Made by a program: the position numbers and the translations under genes | From: Selaginella moellendorffii | Lineage: Eukaryota; Plantae; Lycopodiophyta | Direction of reading: 5' to 3' | Assembly (NCBI RefSeq): GCF_000143415.4 | Contig: NW_003314369.1 | Location: 124,001-188,000 of the forward strand | DNA length: 64,000 bases | Shown: piece by piece, positions 1-11,086 of the stretch | How the letters are laid out: each line of letters starts with the position of its first letter | Position numbering within the stretch: position 1 is the stretch's first letter | Notes under the pieces: model-generated | The model's database searches: none | What the model saw: only the letters and a program-made list of their open reading frames with translations | Told to the model about the DNA's origin: nothing

Positions 1-6
1 GGGTTC

Positions 7-3000
7 ATGGCAAAGAGGATACTTGTCACGGACATGGGGGATATGGATGCGTTCCATGCCTTTATATCAGGTTTGCAAACCTGGGCTCGCGGTGAGGTGA
101 TGCGCTGGAACCCGACCAACTACAAGGAAGCGTTGGATGCGGCCATCAAGGTGCATTTCAACGATAACCTGCGAAAGGGGAACACGACGGGGTCGGGATC
201 CACGTTTCACAAAGGGGCCAAACCGAGGGGAACATATAGCAAGGGGAAATTCAAGAAGAGTTTCTCTAAGAATGAGTCCTCGGGGTTCCGGAAAGGCAAA
301 GCCGGTGGCCAGCGAGCGAGTACGTGGGGAAGTCAAGCGAAAAAAGACAAACCCACGGATAAGAAGGTCAAGTCGTATAGCAGCGTGGGCAACAACGTAT
401 GCTACAACTGCGGCGAAGCGGGACACTTCTCGAGGGAATGTCCCTACCCGAAGAAGGCCAGAGCCAATATGGCCATCAAGTCGGGTGAAGTCCAAACTGA
501 GGTATGTGATCCAGTCCCTAACTCAAAGTTACTCATTACACGAGCAACTTTGGTAGAGAGTCGTTCGCGACATCTACTAGCCCTCCGAGGGAAGCTCGGA
601 GGTAGCTTTGTTAAGATCCTTATTGACACGGGTGCTTCGGATAATTTTGTGGCTGCAGACATAGTCCGGCAAGCCGGACTAACGGTGCAGCGGCTAGGCG
701 AACCAAGGACTATAGAGTTTGTTCAAGGTAGCCAAAGCACCGATGAGGTACTTCGACAAGCGAGAGTCGAAGTGGGGACATGGAAAGTGGAGATGGATTT
801 CACCGTCTTGGACATGGCGGGATTTGACGTGATCTTCGGAATGGATTGGTTTAATCGGTTCGTGGTAGCCCTGCATGGACAAGGTAGGAACCTTGTGGTA
901 TTGGCGAATGCCCAAGGAAGAAGATCTAGGGTGGAGGCCCAGGATCTAAAGGTAGGGCAAAGCAAGGCCAAAGAGTCATGCTTAAACCTGGTGTCCACGA
1001 GAGGACAACTCACTAAAGGAACTAAGGCAGCCTTTTTGTGCTTACTCTCGGTGAAGAGTGACAAAAAGACAAGAACAGAAGAAGTACCTTTAGTGATCCA
1101 GCAGGTGCTGGACCAATTCCAGGATACCATGCCAGAGGAGCTACCGGCGGGGTTGCCCCCCGCACGACCAATAGAACATAAAATTGAGCTGGTCGAGGGT
1201 GCTGAGGCGGTGGTTCGTCCACCCTATCGATTGAACGAAAAAGAACTCAAGGAGCTCAAGAGCCAACTAAAGGAGTTGGTGGACAAAGGGTATGTTAGGT
1301 TGAGCAAGTCGCCGTATGGGGCACCGGTGCTATTTGTGAAAAAGAAAGATGGATCTATGCGCATGTGCATAGACTACCGGTTGCTCAACAAGTATACCAA
1401 GAAGAACAAGTACCCTTTGCCAAGGATCGAGGACCTGTTCGATAGGTTGGGAAAGGCAAAATACTTCTCGAGGATTGACCTAAGGTCAGGATACTACCAG
1501 ATCAGGGTAGCTGAGGAAGATGTCGAGAAGACAACCTGTCGAACGAGGTATGGGAGCTTTGAGTTTTTGGTGATGCCCTTTGGGCTGTGCAATGCGTTTT
1601 CAGCGTTGATGAACCACATCTTTGTACCCTATCTGGATCGCTTCGTGGTCGTCTATATTGACGACATCCTGATCTATAGCGAGACGCTAGAGGAGCATGC
1701 CGAACACTTGGCGAAGGTGTTTGAGAAACTAAGGGAACACAAACTGTATGCTAAAGAGAGCAAATGTGACTTTGCTCAACAAGAGGTAAAGTTTCTCGGG
1801 CATGTGGTGGGCCAGGACGGGCTCAAGGTGGACCCGGAGAAGGTCCAAGCGATCCAGGAATGGGAACGACCATCGAATGTACATGAGTTGAGGGCGTTCC
1901 TGGGGCTATGCAACTACTATCGAAAGTTTATCAGACACTATTCGAGAGTAGCCCTGCCCTTAACGGACCAAACAGGAAAAGGGAAGATGGTATGGACAGC
2001 GGAATGCGAGGCGGCATTCGTCCACCTCAAAGGGAAGTTGAGGAAGGCTCCGGTGTTGGCATTACCAGACTTTGGTAAGGACTTTGAGGTAGACACGGAT
2101 GCTTCGGACTTTGCGTTGGGCGCAGTTTTGAAGCAAGACAACCATCCAGTAGCGTTCTTCTCGAAGAAGCTGGACAAGGCTCAACGGAAGTGGCCTGCCC
2201 ACGAGAAGGAATTGTTTGCGGTGGTCAAGGCGCTCAAGGAGTGGCGACACTACCTTGGGAGACACTTCAAGGTTTACACGGACAATGTGGCAACGAAACA
2301 CTTCTTGTCACAGCCCGACCTAAGGGGAAAACAAGGTCGGTGGGCCAATGCTTTGGCCGAGTTTGATTGCGAGATCCTGTACAAGCCTGGGAAGAGCAAC
2401 ATCGTGGCAGATGCGCTAAGTCGAAAAGCGAGCTTGAAGTTGGCGATATCTAGCGCGACAGCAACCTTTTGGGATGATGTGCGGACCGCATACGAGAGTG
2501 ATGGTCTAGCACAAGAAGTGTTGCTGAGGAATCTGGAGGCGCGGGAAGCTCACTAGAGAGGTGAGCTGCCAACGGAAGAGAAAACGGGCTATGTGGAACG
2601 CAACAGACTCATATATTACAAGCAAACGAGGGTGTATGTTCCAGAAGGGGAACTAAGGAAGGTAGCCTTGGAAGAGTGTCATGACGGACCTCTCGCGGGA
2701 CACGGCGGAGTGCCCAAGACGATGGGCTTACTCAAAAGGAAGTATCACTGGCCAGATATGGCTAAGGACGTCCAAGACTATGTAAAGACATGTCCAACAT
2801 GTCAACAGGTCAAAGCCGTGACGAAGGCTAGTGGGGGCTTGTTGCAAAGCATCCCCATTCCAGATCGTCCGTGGAAATGTCTCACGATGGACTTCATCAC
2901 GGGACTACCCCCAAGCGAGGGGTTCAAAGCGATATTCGTGGTGGTGGACCGATTTTCAAAGATGGCACATTTCATACCCACCACAACGGATGTGGATGCG

Positions 3001-4065
3001 GAAGGTGTGGCAAAGCTGTTCTTCGAACAAGTGGTTCGAGTGCGGGGAAGGCCGGAAGAGATTATCTCAGATCGAGATAAGATCTTCACCAGTAGGTTCT
3101 GGAGGACACTCCTAGAACAGTATCGCACCAAGTTGAAATTCAGCATGGCCTATCACCCACAGACAGGTAATGGGTATTGAGTCAAGATTGATGGCACTAA
3201 CACTTCTTGACAGACGGACAAACGGAAAGGGTGAATAGGCAGCTGGAGGATTATTTGCGATGCTATGTCTCGGGAGACCAGACCGACTGGGTAAGTCATT
3301 TGGGACTTGCGGAAATGTGTTATAACAACTCACCACATTCGAGCATCGGGGTGAGTCCATGGGAAGTCATCAATGGGCGAGCTATTGAAGGTCCTGTGGA
3401 ACTCGGCGTGGCCGAGTATCATGGAGAGTTACCCGCAGTGGAGGCATTCATGGCGGAAAGACTCAACATTTGGAATCTAGTGAGGGATTCCTTGGAACGG
3501 GCTCAACAAAGGCAAACTAAGTACGCGAACCAAAAGCGTCGAGATGTGGAGTTCCAAGCTGGGGAGAAGGTGTGGCTGAACACCAAGAACCTCAGGCTAC
3601 CAAGTGGGATCAGCCGGAAGTTGACCCAAAGGTAAAAATGCATGTATTCCTGTAAATGAATTGATCTTGAGTTCCTTAAGCAGGTTCGCGGGGCCTTACG
3701 AGATTGAGGCTCGAATCGGTAAAGTGGCTTACCGTCTCCGACTTCCTCGAGAGATGGGGAAGATGCATCCCGTGTTCCACGTGAACTTACTCAAGCCGTA
3801 TTTTGAGGATCCGCTTCGCAAGGACCAAGTAAGACCTTTACCTGAGGTTATCCAAGGGGAGGAGGAATACGAAGTCGAGGCCATCCTCAATGCGCGCAAG
3901 AGCAAGCGACAAGGACGCGAGGTGAGAGAGTTCCATGTGAAGTGGAAAGGATTTCCACACTGCGAAGCAACATGGGAACCGGAGGAGAACCTAGCGAACG
4001 CGCGAGACCTAGTGGAGGAATTTCTGCATGGCAGAACTCTATGTACTTATGCAAAGTTCAATTAA
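7..4065 (+). pseudogene. gag-pol polyprotein with chromodomain; one in-frame TAG (2554-2556) and two GT-AG introns (3167-3213, 3632-3683)
   Basis: ORFs 7-2556 and 2593-3180 share a frame. Removing 3167-3213 restores AYHPQT-D-GQTER and removing 3632-3683 restores KLTQR-FAGPY. Chromodomain EYEVEAILN...FHVKWKGF...TWEPEENL. RT motif NA(PAT)F lacks 3 codons. Confidence 0.88.
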
Positions 4066-4544
4066 AAGTATCAATTTGAGAAGTTGAGCAATGGCATATG
4101 TTGGGACCCGAAGGCGCGCCGAAGGTAAGCTAATTAGCATGGGTTAGCTAGGTCGACCAGGCGTAGGGAGCTACGCCCGACTCCCTGCGGGGATGTCGAA
4201 TCCGTAGACGTATTCTACGGAGGTTGGGTTCGAGTCCCAACCCCCTAGTAAAGCAAGGCTGGGTTCAAGTCCCGACCCCATACTAGGGCGTGGTGAGGGG
4301 AGTATAGGGACACCTATATTCCGTTGTCATGAGCTCTTGGCCGGGGAGGCTAACTTAGGCACACCGCTAAGTGGGGGGTTGCCCCCGGAGACATGGTCAA
4401 CAAGTCGTAGGATAAAAAAGAGACGTTCGATGTGGGCATCGAACTTCTTCTATGGGTGGTGGAGTTGTAAGGAACCAACTCGCCGAGGTGTCGTAGGCTA
4501 AGGGAACCCCGAAAGCATGACCAAAATGACAAAGAGTTCATCGG

Positions 4545-4830
4545 ATGGGACCAAGTCAAAGATCGAGTCCAAGACCGACTCTAGGACCGAGTTCGAGATC
4601 GAGTCCGGAATCGAGTCCGAGACCGACTCGGGGACTGAGTTCGAGTCCGAGTTCGAGACCGAGTTCGAGACGGAGTCCGAGATCCGAAATCGGGTCCGAG
4701 ACCGAGTCCGAAGTCGAGTCCGAGGTCGGGCCCGAGATCGGGTCCGAGATCGAGTCCGCGATCGAGTCCGAGACCGAATCCGAAGTCGGATCCGAAATCG
4801 GATCCGAGATCGAGCCAGAGACTAAGTCCA
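4545..4830. repeat. Degenerate hexamer tandem array (ccgaga/tcgagt-type units) in the retrotransposon 3' region
   Basis: About 280 bp of CG-rich 6-nt periodic units, producing low-complexity ORFs in several frames. Confidence 0.85.
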
Positions 4831-5380
4831 AATACTAATACGGGTCAAGGGGTGAAAGCCCAAAGCGTGCGTCCCCCAGGGGGGGGGGGCTGCAGGGGGT
4901 TCCAAAAGTATAGTAGGGATAGTGAGGTCCAGGAACCAGTTTAGAAGGGACTCTCCAGTGGGGCTCCCAAACTGACTTGAGGTTGGGACTGGGACCGAGG
5001 GGCCTTGGGTGGGAGTGAGCATGGACTTGGTTGGTGCCGGAGGGGCCATCCAAGGAAGTGCTCAAGAGCAGCTCCCACTCCTGAAAGGGAAACCGATTGC
5101 GGTGCTCCCGGCTCAAGTGGAGTGGGGCCCCACTTGAGTACCATGCGGCTCATTGGTCCTCGCCCTTCCTAGGGGCTTGGGCCTTCCTTCGGGATGGAAG
5201 TGGGGGGCGAGAGGTACCCATACCGGGCCGCTAGGCCACGGTGTTTCGCCCCGGCGTCCCGAAGCAAGTGTTGCACTCAAGACTTGAGATTTAGAGGGTC
5301 CCATGATCAAGTCTTGTGGTACCAAAGGATGTTAGGAACCTGGAAGCTTGGTGTGCTTGGCTGCTTGTGCTTGCGGGGAG

Positions 5381-5613
5381 TGTAGCCGAACCTTAAGTCC
5401 AGTCTAACCCGGGGAGGGGGATTGGGAGTGATTTGGGAATCCGTGGAAGGATGGCTAACACTCCGTTGCTCGTGCAGTGAGTAGCTAAGACCAAGTAGGA
5501 GCTGGTACCATAGGCGAGAACCTTGGCAAGGGAACTTAGCAAAAGCCAAGGCGGTGTTGGTCGGATAGGCGAGGTAAGCTGGCAAATTAGAAAGGAAAAA
5601 TTTGTGGCTTACA
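5381..5613 (+). repeat. Putative 3' LTR of the chromovirus
   Basis: Preceded by purine tract gcggggag. Starts TGTAGCC and ends GGCTTACA (imperfect inverted ends). Unrelated decayed gypsy sequence follows 5613. The partner LTR is outside the window. Confidence 0.5.
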
Positions 5614-6684
5614 CGCAGCCATTCATATGGATTAAAGCATTCTTTTGGAGATCTTTAAGCACGCATTTAAACATGTTGACAATTGTGATAATGCTTTCCC
5701 ACAATTACATCGTCTTTGTCAAATGCTGTTTGAGTTAGTGATGCAATTTTGTACTTACTTCCAAAGCCTTTTGTGTAAACAATTAAAGAGAATGACCCAA
5801 AAGACAATTTATATAGGGTTCAAATATAAAGGAAAAAGGCCTTTTCCAATCGATTAAGGGTCTTGGGATATTTGGGGTTAAGTGTCATTGGGTTTGAGTA
5901 ATACTAGGCTCTCAAGAAGTTTAAACTCAAGAACTTACATTTTATTTTATATAAAGCCAAATATATTGAAGCAGATTAAGTTGGGAATGTTATGGCCAAC
6001 ACTTCGTCAAGATTTTATAGAACTTATGTATACACTTACTCCAACCACCCTTGACAATACTTTTTGATTGACACAATGTTATAAGGTATTGTTTCTTCCA
6101 TATCTTGTTACATATCCTTTAACTCTAAGTTTTATAGGAGATGATTTTGTTCTAATGAAAGTTGATGCTACTATTATTTGTGTTTAAGAACAAGAGCGAG
6201 GATGTGGTTGTGGCTATGATGTCTATTGCTAGACATATGATAAAGTTGGCCATACATATCAGTATTGTTAGTGTTTTCTAGATTGACATCCTCTATTTCT
6301 TAAATGAAGGCCTTGGCATCAACAATGTCTTGTTGATGCTACTTCAGTGGAATGTTTTGACACAAAAATGCTTTTAAGAAATGAAGAGTTAAGCAAATAA
6401 TGGAGGGTTCTTGCGCAAATAAGTCAATAACCCTTTTATATTTCTTTTGGGAGTACTATCAAGGGGTTCACTCAACACCACATTTAATGTTTACTTTCTA
6501 AGCTCATTTTTATATCAAAAAATTAGTTGATATAAGTTTGAGATTATCTTTTATTTTTAGCCTATTGACAGACATTGCCATCTATAATTTTATCATGCAA
6601 TAAAGCCAATCTTCATTTTTTATAACAACGACCGTAAATATACATATGCACAAGATGAGGTGAACTTAACTGTGCATATGGGTG

Positions 6685-7691
6685 TGTAAACTCCTGAGTT
6701 TGAACTTCCTGGGCGGTCACTCAGCCTAGTACTATTCAAACCCAAGAATGCTTAACTCCAACTATCCTAAGACCCTTAACCGATTGGAAAAGGGGGTGCA
6801 CTCTTATTCATGGGCCCTTTCCCTCTATATTTGAATCCTTATGGATCGTCTCTCGAGTCGTTCCTTTTGATTGCTTACAATCCACCACGCTTCCATGCAA
6901 TTCACGCCCTCGTGAATGGAAGTTGAGAGCCGCAGCTCTCCCGAGAGCCCCGCTCTTCTGACACCCTACCCCTCGGGTCGAGCCTAGTGGGAGCAAATTG
7001 GACTAGCCAGATGTCAATCAACATGTGGTGTGATTCCCTAGCCAACCTGCCATCTACAATTTTATCATGCAATAAAGCCAATCTTCATTTTTTATAACAA
7101 CGAACGTAAATATATATATGCACAGGATGAGGCGAACCTAACTGTGCATATAGGTGTGTAAATTCCTGAGTTTAGACTTCTCGAGAGGTTCGCCTCTACG
7201 GCTCCCGAGAGCCCCGCTCTTCTGACACCCTACCCCTCGGGTCGAGCCTAGTGGGAGCAAATTGGACTAGCCAGATGTCAATCAACATGTGGTGTGATTC
7301 CCTAGCCAACCTGCCATCTACAATTTTATCATGCAATAAAGCCAATCTTCATTTTTTATAACAACGAACGTAAATATACATATGCACAGGATGAGGCGAA
7401 CCTAACTGTGCATATAGGTGTGTAAACTCCTGAGTTTGGACTTCCCGAGAGGTTCGCCTCATGCTGTGCATATGGGTGTGTAAACTCTTGAGTTTGGACT
7501 TCCCGGGAGGTCACCTAGCCCAGTACTATTCAAACCCAAGGACGTTTAACTCCAACTATCCCAAGACCCTTAACCGATTGGAAAAGGGGGTGCACTCTTA
7601 TTCATGGGCCCGGTTTAGAGTTTACGATATTTCCCTCTATATTTGAACCCTTATGGATTGTCTCTCAAGTCGTTCCTTTTGGTTGTTTATA
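6685..7691. mobile_element. Nested short (~190-bp) LTR copies (6685-6879, ~7479-7691) with 5-bp TSD gggtg; related inverted copies at 5775-5939 and ~8556-8749
   Basis: TGTAAAC...TTACA/TTATA ends. gggtg at 6680-6684 and 7692-7696. The host protease frame (VHMG|DLELE) rejoins across the insertion. Confidence 0.7.
6938..7460. repeat. Near-perfect tandem duplication, ~264-bp unit
   Basis: 6938-7198 is repeated at 7202-7460 and includes the LTR/host junction. Confidence 0.9.
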
Positions 7692-9370
7692 GGGTGATCT
7701 TGAACTTGAACTTCAATCATTGCAAGCGGTGCCAAGTCAAAATTTTGACTTTATTGGTATAGATTAATTGTAGCACAATCATCCTAAATATGATTTTAAA
7801 GCTTCTCCCCTATTTCATACCTCTTCATATTTCTTCTTTCCTTTCACTTATGTTCCACTTTATCCCTTCTATCCTATGTAGGCATATAGGACATTGGCAT
7901 ATGATTGAGAAGCTATGCAAGTTTTTTTATTGGCTGAAGATGTGATATAATTTTATTTAGTATGTAAGTAGTTGTGTTTAGTGCCAAACTCGTAATATTC
8001 CCTTTCGTATTGTGGAAAGACAGTTACAATCAATTGCAATTTCCCATCCATTTAATTTGGTAGTGTTTGATTTAATAAGGCCTTCTTCATAATCAATTGT
8101 TAACAATGAGGATGTTATTATTGTTTTCAATTACTCAAGTTGTTTGGTGGAAATTAATACTTTTGCTAGTGAGTTTATGACTATTATTAGGTATTTCCTC
8201 TTCAATCGAATGGTATTCCAACATTTCTATCTGAAGTGGATTCTCTCAGATAATGGTTCTATATTTATGATTGAGGTATTTCATGTATTAACATCTCTAC
8301 TAAAGATACATCACACTTTCACATCCACAAATAAATGGTTTAGTGGAATGACTCATTCAGACATTCAAATGGATAATTACAAAGTATGTCAATTTTCAAT
8401 ATTTGGATTGGGATGGTTATTTATTATTTCTTCAATATGCATATATCACAAGGGTATAGAGTTCCATTAATGCTTCATCATATAAACTTTTATATAGTCA
8501 TAATCTGATCTTACCAATAGAGTTGAGTTTACTTTCACAATTGTCATAAATTGCCTATAAACAACAAAAAAAAATGATTTAAGAGACAATCAAAAAGGTT
8601 TAAATATAAAGGGAAATTGTTTATAAATAAAAGTGCACCCCTTTTTTTAATCAATTAAGGGTTTTATGATATTTGGGGTTAAACATCTTTAAGTTTGAAT
8701 AGTATTGGGTTAGGTGATTTTTCAGGAAATCCAAATTCATGAGCTTACACTAGCAAGGTTAGGTTTTATGATTAATATTTAATTAGTATTCTTCCACTTG
8801 TCCAAGTAGAATGTGTTAAACACTCAAACCATATACAAGTGAAACAACAATGGCATGATATTCAACAAACCAATCTTCAAAAAATTATACATATACAACT
8901 TTTGGTAAAAAAAATCAAGAATCATTTACAAATCCACTGTTATCTCCTTTTAATATTCTTTCAAATCCTGACCCATAAACTAAAGAACTTGACTACTTTC
9001 CATCCTTTCAAGAGGAGGGAATGTTATGCAATACCATATACTAATATTAGTGTTATAAAATTTTGATAGCTATCAAATTGGTTTTAATCTAGACCATTTG
9101 ATCTTATATATAAATAAAGGTTTTTGAATAATTTATATGCACATTTGTGTATCTTCATACATATTTAAATATATAATCCAAGCATGCACAATCATAGATT
9201 CCTTACTATAGTCTCTTTAAGTAATTTTTTTATCAGTAGAAACTTGATAGTTTTTTCTTTTAAAATAAAACTCAAAACACAGCAATTTTTTAATTTTTTA
9301 ATTTTGGTGGAGGCATTCAAAAATTTGGGTGACTTATTATTATCACAAACCATTTTATTTTCCAACTTTC

Positions 9371-11086
9371 ATGCTTACTTTCCTAAGCATTGGGAGTGGC
9401 ATCAATCGCAATGCTTGGATTCAGAGCATCGAGACATGCACATCACTCGACTCAGCCAAAGCAATCCAAGATCACATCCACAAGAACCATCTTCCAGATG
9501 TATTCCTCAAGGAGAAGCTTCTCCAAATGTTTGCTAGAATCGGTGGCAGTGGCCTCTCCATCGCCAGAAACATCTTTGATTCCATTCCCAACGATTCCAA
9601 GGGAAACTATGCTTGGTACTACATCATCTCCGGCTACTGCAAGCACCGCCAGATCAACGCCGCCAAGCAACTCTTCGATCAAAACCCAACTCCAAATCTC
9701 ATCCTCCACACAACGCTCCTCTCGAGCTATGCCCGCATGGGGCATCTAGACGAGGCTGAGAGCCTCTTTCGTTCCATGCCAGCGATGGATCTCTTCTGCT
9801 GGGCGTCACTTCTATCAGCGTACACAAGCATTTGTCGCGTGGAGGAAGCCAAGCTCGTGTTTGATTCCATGCCAGAGTATGATCTAGTCTGCTGGAACTC
9901 CATGCTTGCTGCATATGCTCAGAATGGGCATCTAGAGAACTCTCGGCAAATCTTCCTCGCCGCGGAAGAACACAACGTCGTCTCGTGGACGCTGCTGCTT
10001 GTAGCTCACTGCCACTCCAGGAGCCTCCATCGATCTAAGCAGGTCTTTGATTCCATGCCCGAGTGGAGCCTCGTGACCATGAACACCATGCTTGCCTGCT
10101 TCGCCCAGAATGGATCACGCGAGCAAACGCTCGCTATGCTCCAGCGATTGCCAGAGCTCGACCTCGTCTCCTCCAACTGCGTCCTCGCCCTGGCGATCGA
10201 CCTCGGGCAGGCAAGAGTGATCTTCGATGGGATGCAGCAGCGATCGCTTGTCTCCTGGAACTCGATGCTGTCCGCGCTCGCGAGCGCCGGCCAGATCGAG
10301 GAAGCGGAGCAAGCATTCCAACACGCGATGCCGGAGCGCGATCTCTTCTCCTGGAACTCCATGATCGCTGCGTATGCCCAGCGAGGCCATCTCGCCGAGG
10401 CGGAGAGATTGTTCTTGGCAGCTCCCGAGCGCGACCAGGTCTCCTGGAACTCGATGCTCGCCGCTTTTAGCAACAATGGCATGCTGGAGGAATCGCGCTC
10501 GCTCTTCGATTACATGCCCGTGAGAAGCATCGTAAGCTGGAACTCGATCCTAGCAGCGTATGCCCACTCCGGGCATCTGGATCAAACCCGGCGACTCTTC
10601 GCTCGCCAGCCCGAGCGAAATCTTGTTTCCTGGGGCACGATCCTCGATGCCCACTGCGCTCACAAGGGCGAATCCCACCGAGCTTTCGATCTCCTCAAGG
10701 AGATGAAGCTCGCGGAGAGCCCCAACGAGGTGTGCTTCGTCGCGATCCTGGTGGCTTGCAGCCAGAGCGGCGCTGTGGAGGACGCGCGATCGCATTTCCT
10801 GTCCATGCGCATTGACTACGGCCTGGATCCCACCCGGAAGCACTTCTCCTGCCTCATCGACGCGCTGGGGCGATCGGGATTCCTGACGGCGGCGGAGGAG
10901 CTTGTCACAACCATGCCATTCGCGCCGTGCAATCTCGAGTGGAAGTGCTTCCTCAGCGCGTGCAACAGCCATAGGAGTGTGGATCCCGGCGCTGGAATCG
11001 CGAGTGCAATGCTGGCGCGCTCCGCCGGTGAAGATCCAGCAGCCAGCTACATTCTTGTGGCCAACACGATTGCTCAAGAACCCTGA
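9371..11086 (+). CDS. PLS-class pentatricopeptide repeat protein with E domain, no DYW
   Basis: Repeated VSWNSMLAAYAQ.GHL motifs; C-terminal PNEVCFVAILVACS...HFSCLIDALGRSG...W..FLSAC E-type region. Intronless; first ATG at 9371. Confidence 0.93.
   Translation: MLTFLSIGSGINRNAWIQSIETCTSLDSAKAIQDHIHKNHLPDVFLKEKLLQMFARIGGSGLSIARNIFDSIPNDSKGNYAWYYIISGYCKHRQINAAKQLFDQNPTPNLILHTTLLSSYARMGHLDEAESLFRSMPAMDLFCWASLLSAYTSICRVEEAKLVFDSMPEYDLVCWNSMLAAYAQNGHLENSRQIFLAAEEHNVVSWTLLLVAHCHSRSLHRSKQVFDSMPEWSLVTMNTMLACFAQNGSREQTLAMLQRLPELDLVSSNCVLALAIDLGQARVIFDGMQQRSLVSWNSMLSALASAGQIEEAEQAFQHAMPERDLFSWNSMIAAYAQRGHLAEAERLFLAAPERDQVSWNSMLAAFSNNGMLEESRSLFDYMPVRSIVSWNSILAAYAHSGHLDQTRRLFARQPERNLVSWGTILDAHCAHKGESHRAFDLLKEMKLAESPNEVCFVAILVACSQSGAVEDARSHFLSMRIDYGLDPTRKHFSCLIDALGRSGFLTAAEELVTTMPFAPCNLEWKCFLSACNSHRSVDPGAGIASAMLARSAGEDPAASYILVANTIAQEP

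Larger units (their letters stand above)
1..5613 (+). mobile_element. Ty3/gypsy chromovirus-type LTR retrotransposon, 5' end outside window
   Basis: Domain order gag zinc knuckle ([14 protein letters not shown]), protease ([10 protein letters not shown]), RT (YIDD), RNase H (TDASD), integrase (HHCC: CHD..AGH..CPTC; DFITGLP), chromodomain. Candidate PPT and 3' LTR at 5371-5613. Confidence 0.93.
5614..8550 (+). mobile_element. Heavily decayed Ty3/gypsy relic, same family as the element at 50806-55803
   Basis: EIFKHAFKHVDNCDNAFPQLHRL matches DVFKHAFRHADDCDDAFQQLHHL (gag, 54667-55110). IKLGMLWPTLRQD is shared, VHMGDLELELQSL matches the protease region, and the integrase remnant 8144-8470 matches 51446-51982. 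Confidence 0.85.

Noticed and set aside
2554-2592. Programmed readthrough or intron between RNase H and integrase
   Set aside because: The downstream ORF is in the same frame, so a single C>T or G>A nonsense mutation is the simplest explanation.
4222-4280. tRNA genes
   Set aside because: Only T-arm-like hairpins are present; no D arm, anticodon arm or acceptor stem can be built.
4517-4838. RD/SR-rich protein ORFs
   Set aside because: By-products of the hexamer array, which is open in several frames on both strands.
4099-5380. Alternative LTR starts at 4099 (TGTTGG) or 4891 (after poly-G)
   Set aside because: Cannot be tested without the 5' LTR. 5381 was preferred because its end matches 5613, but the boundary remains uncertain.
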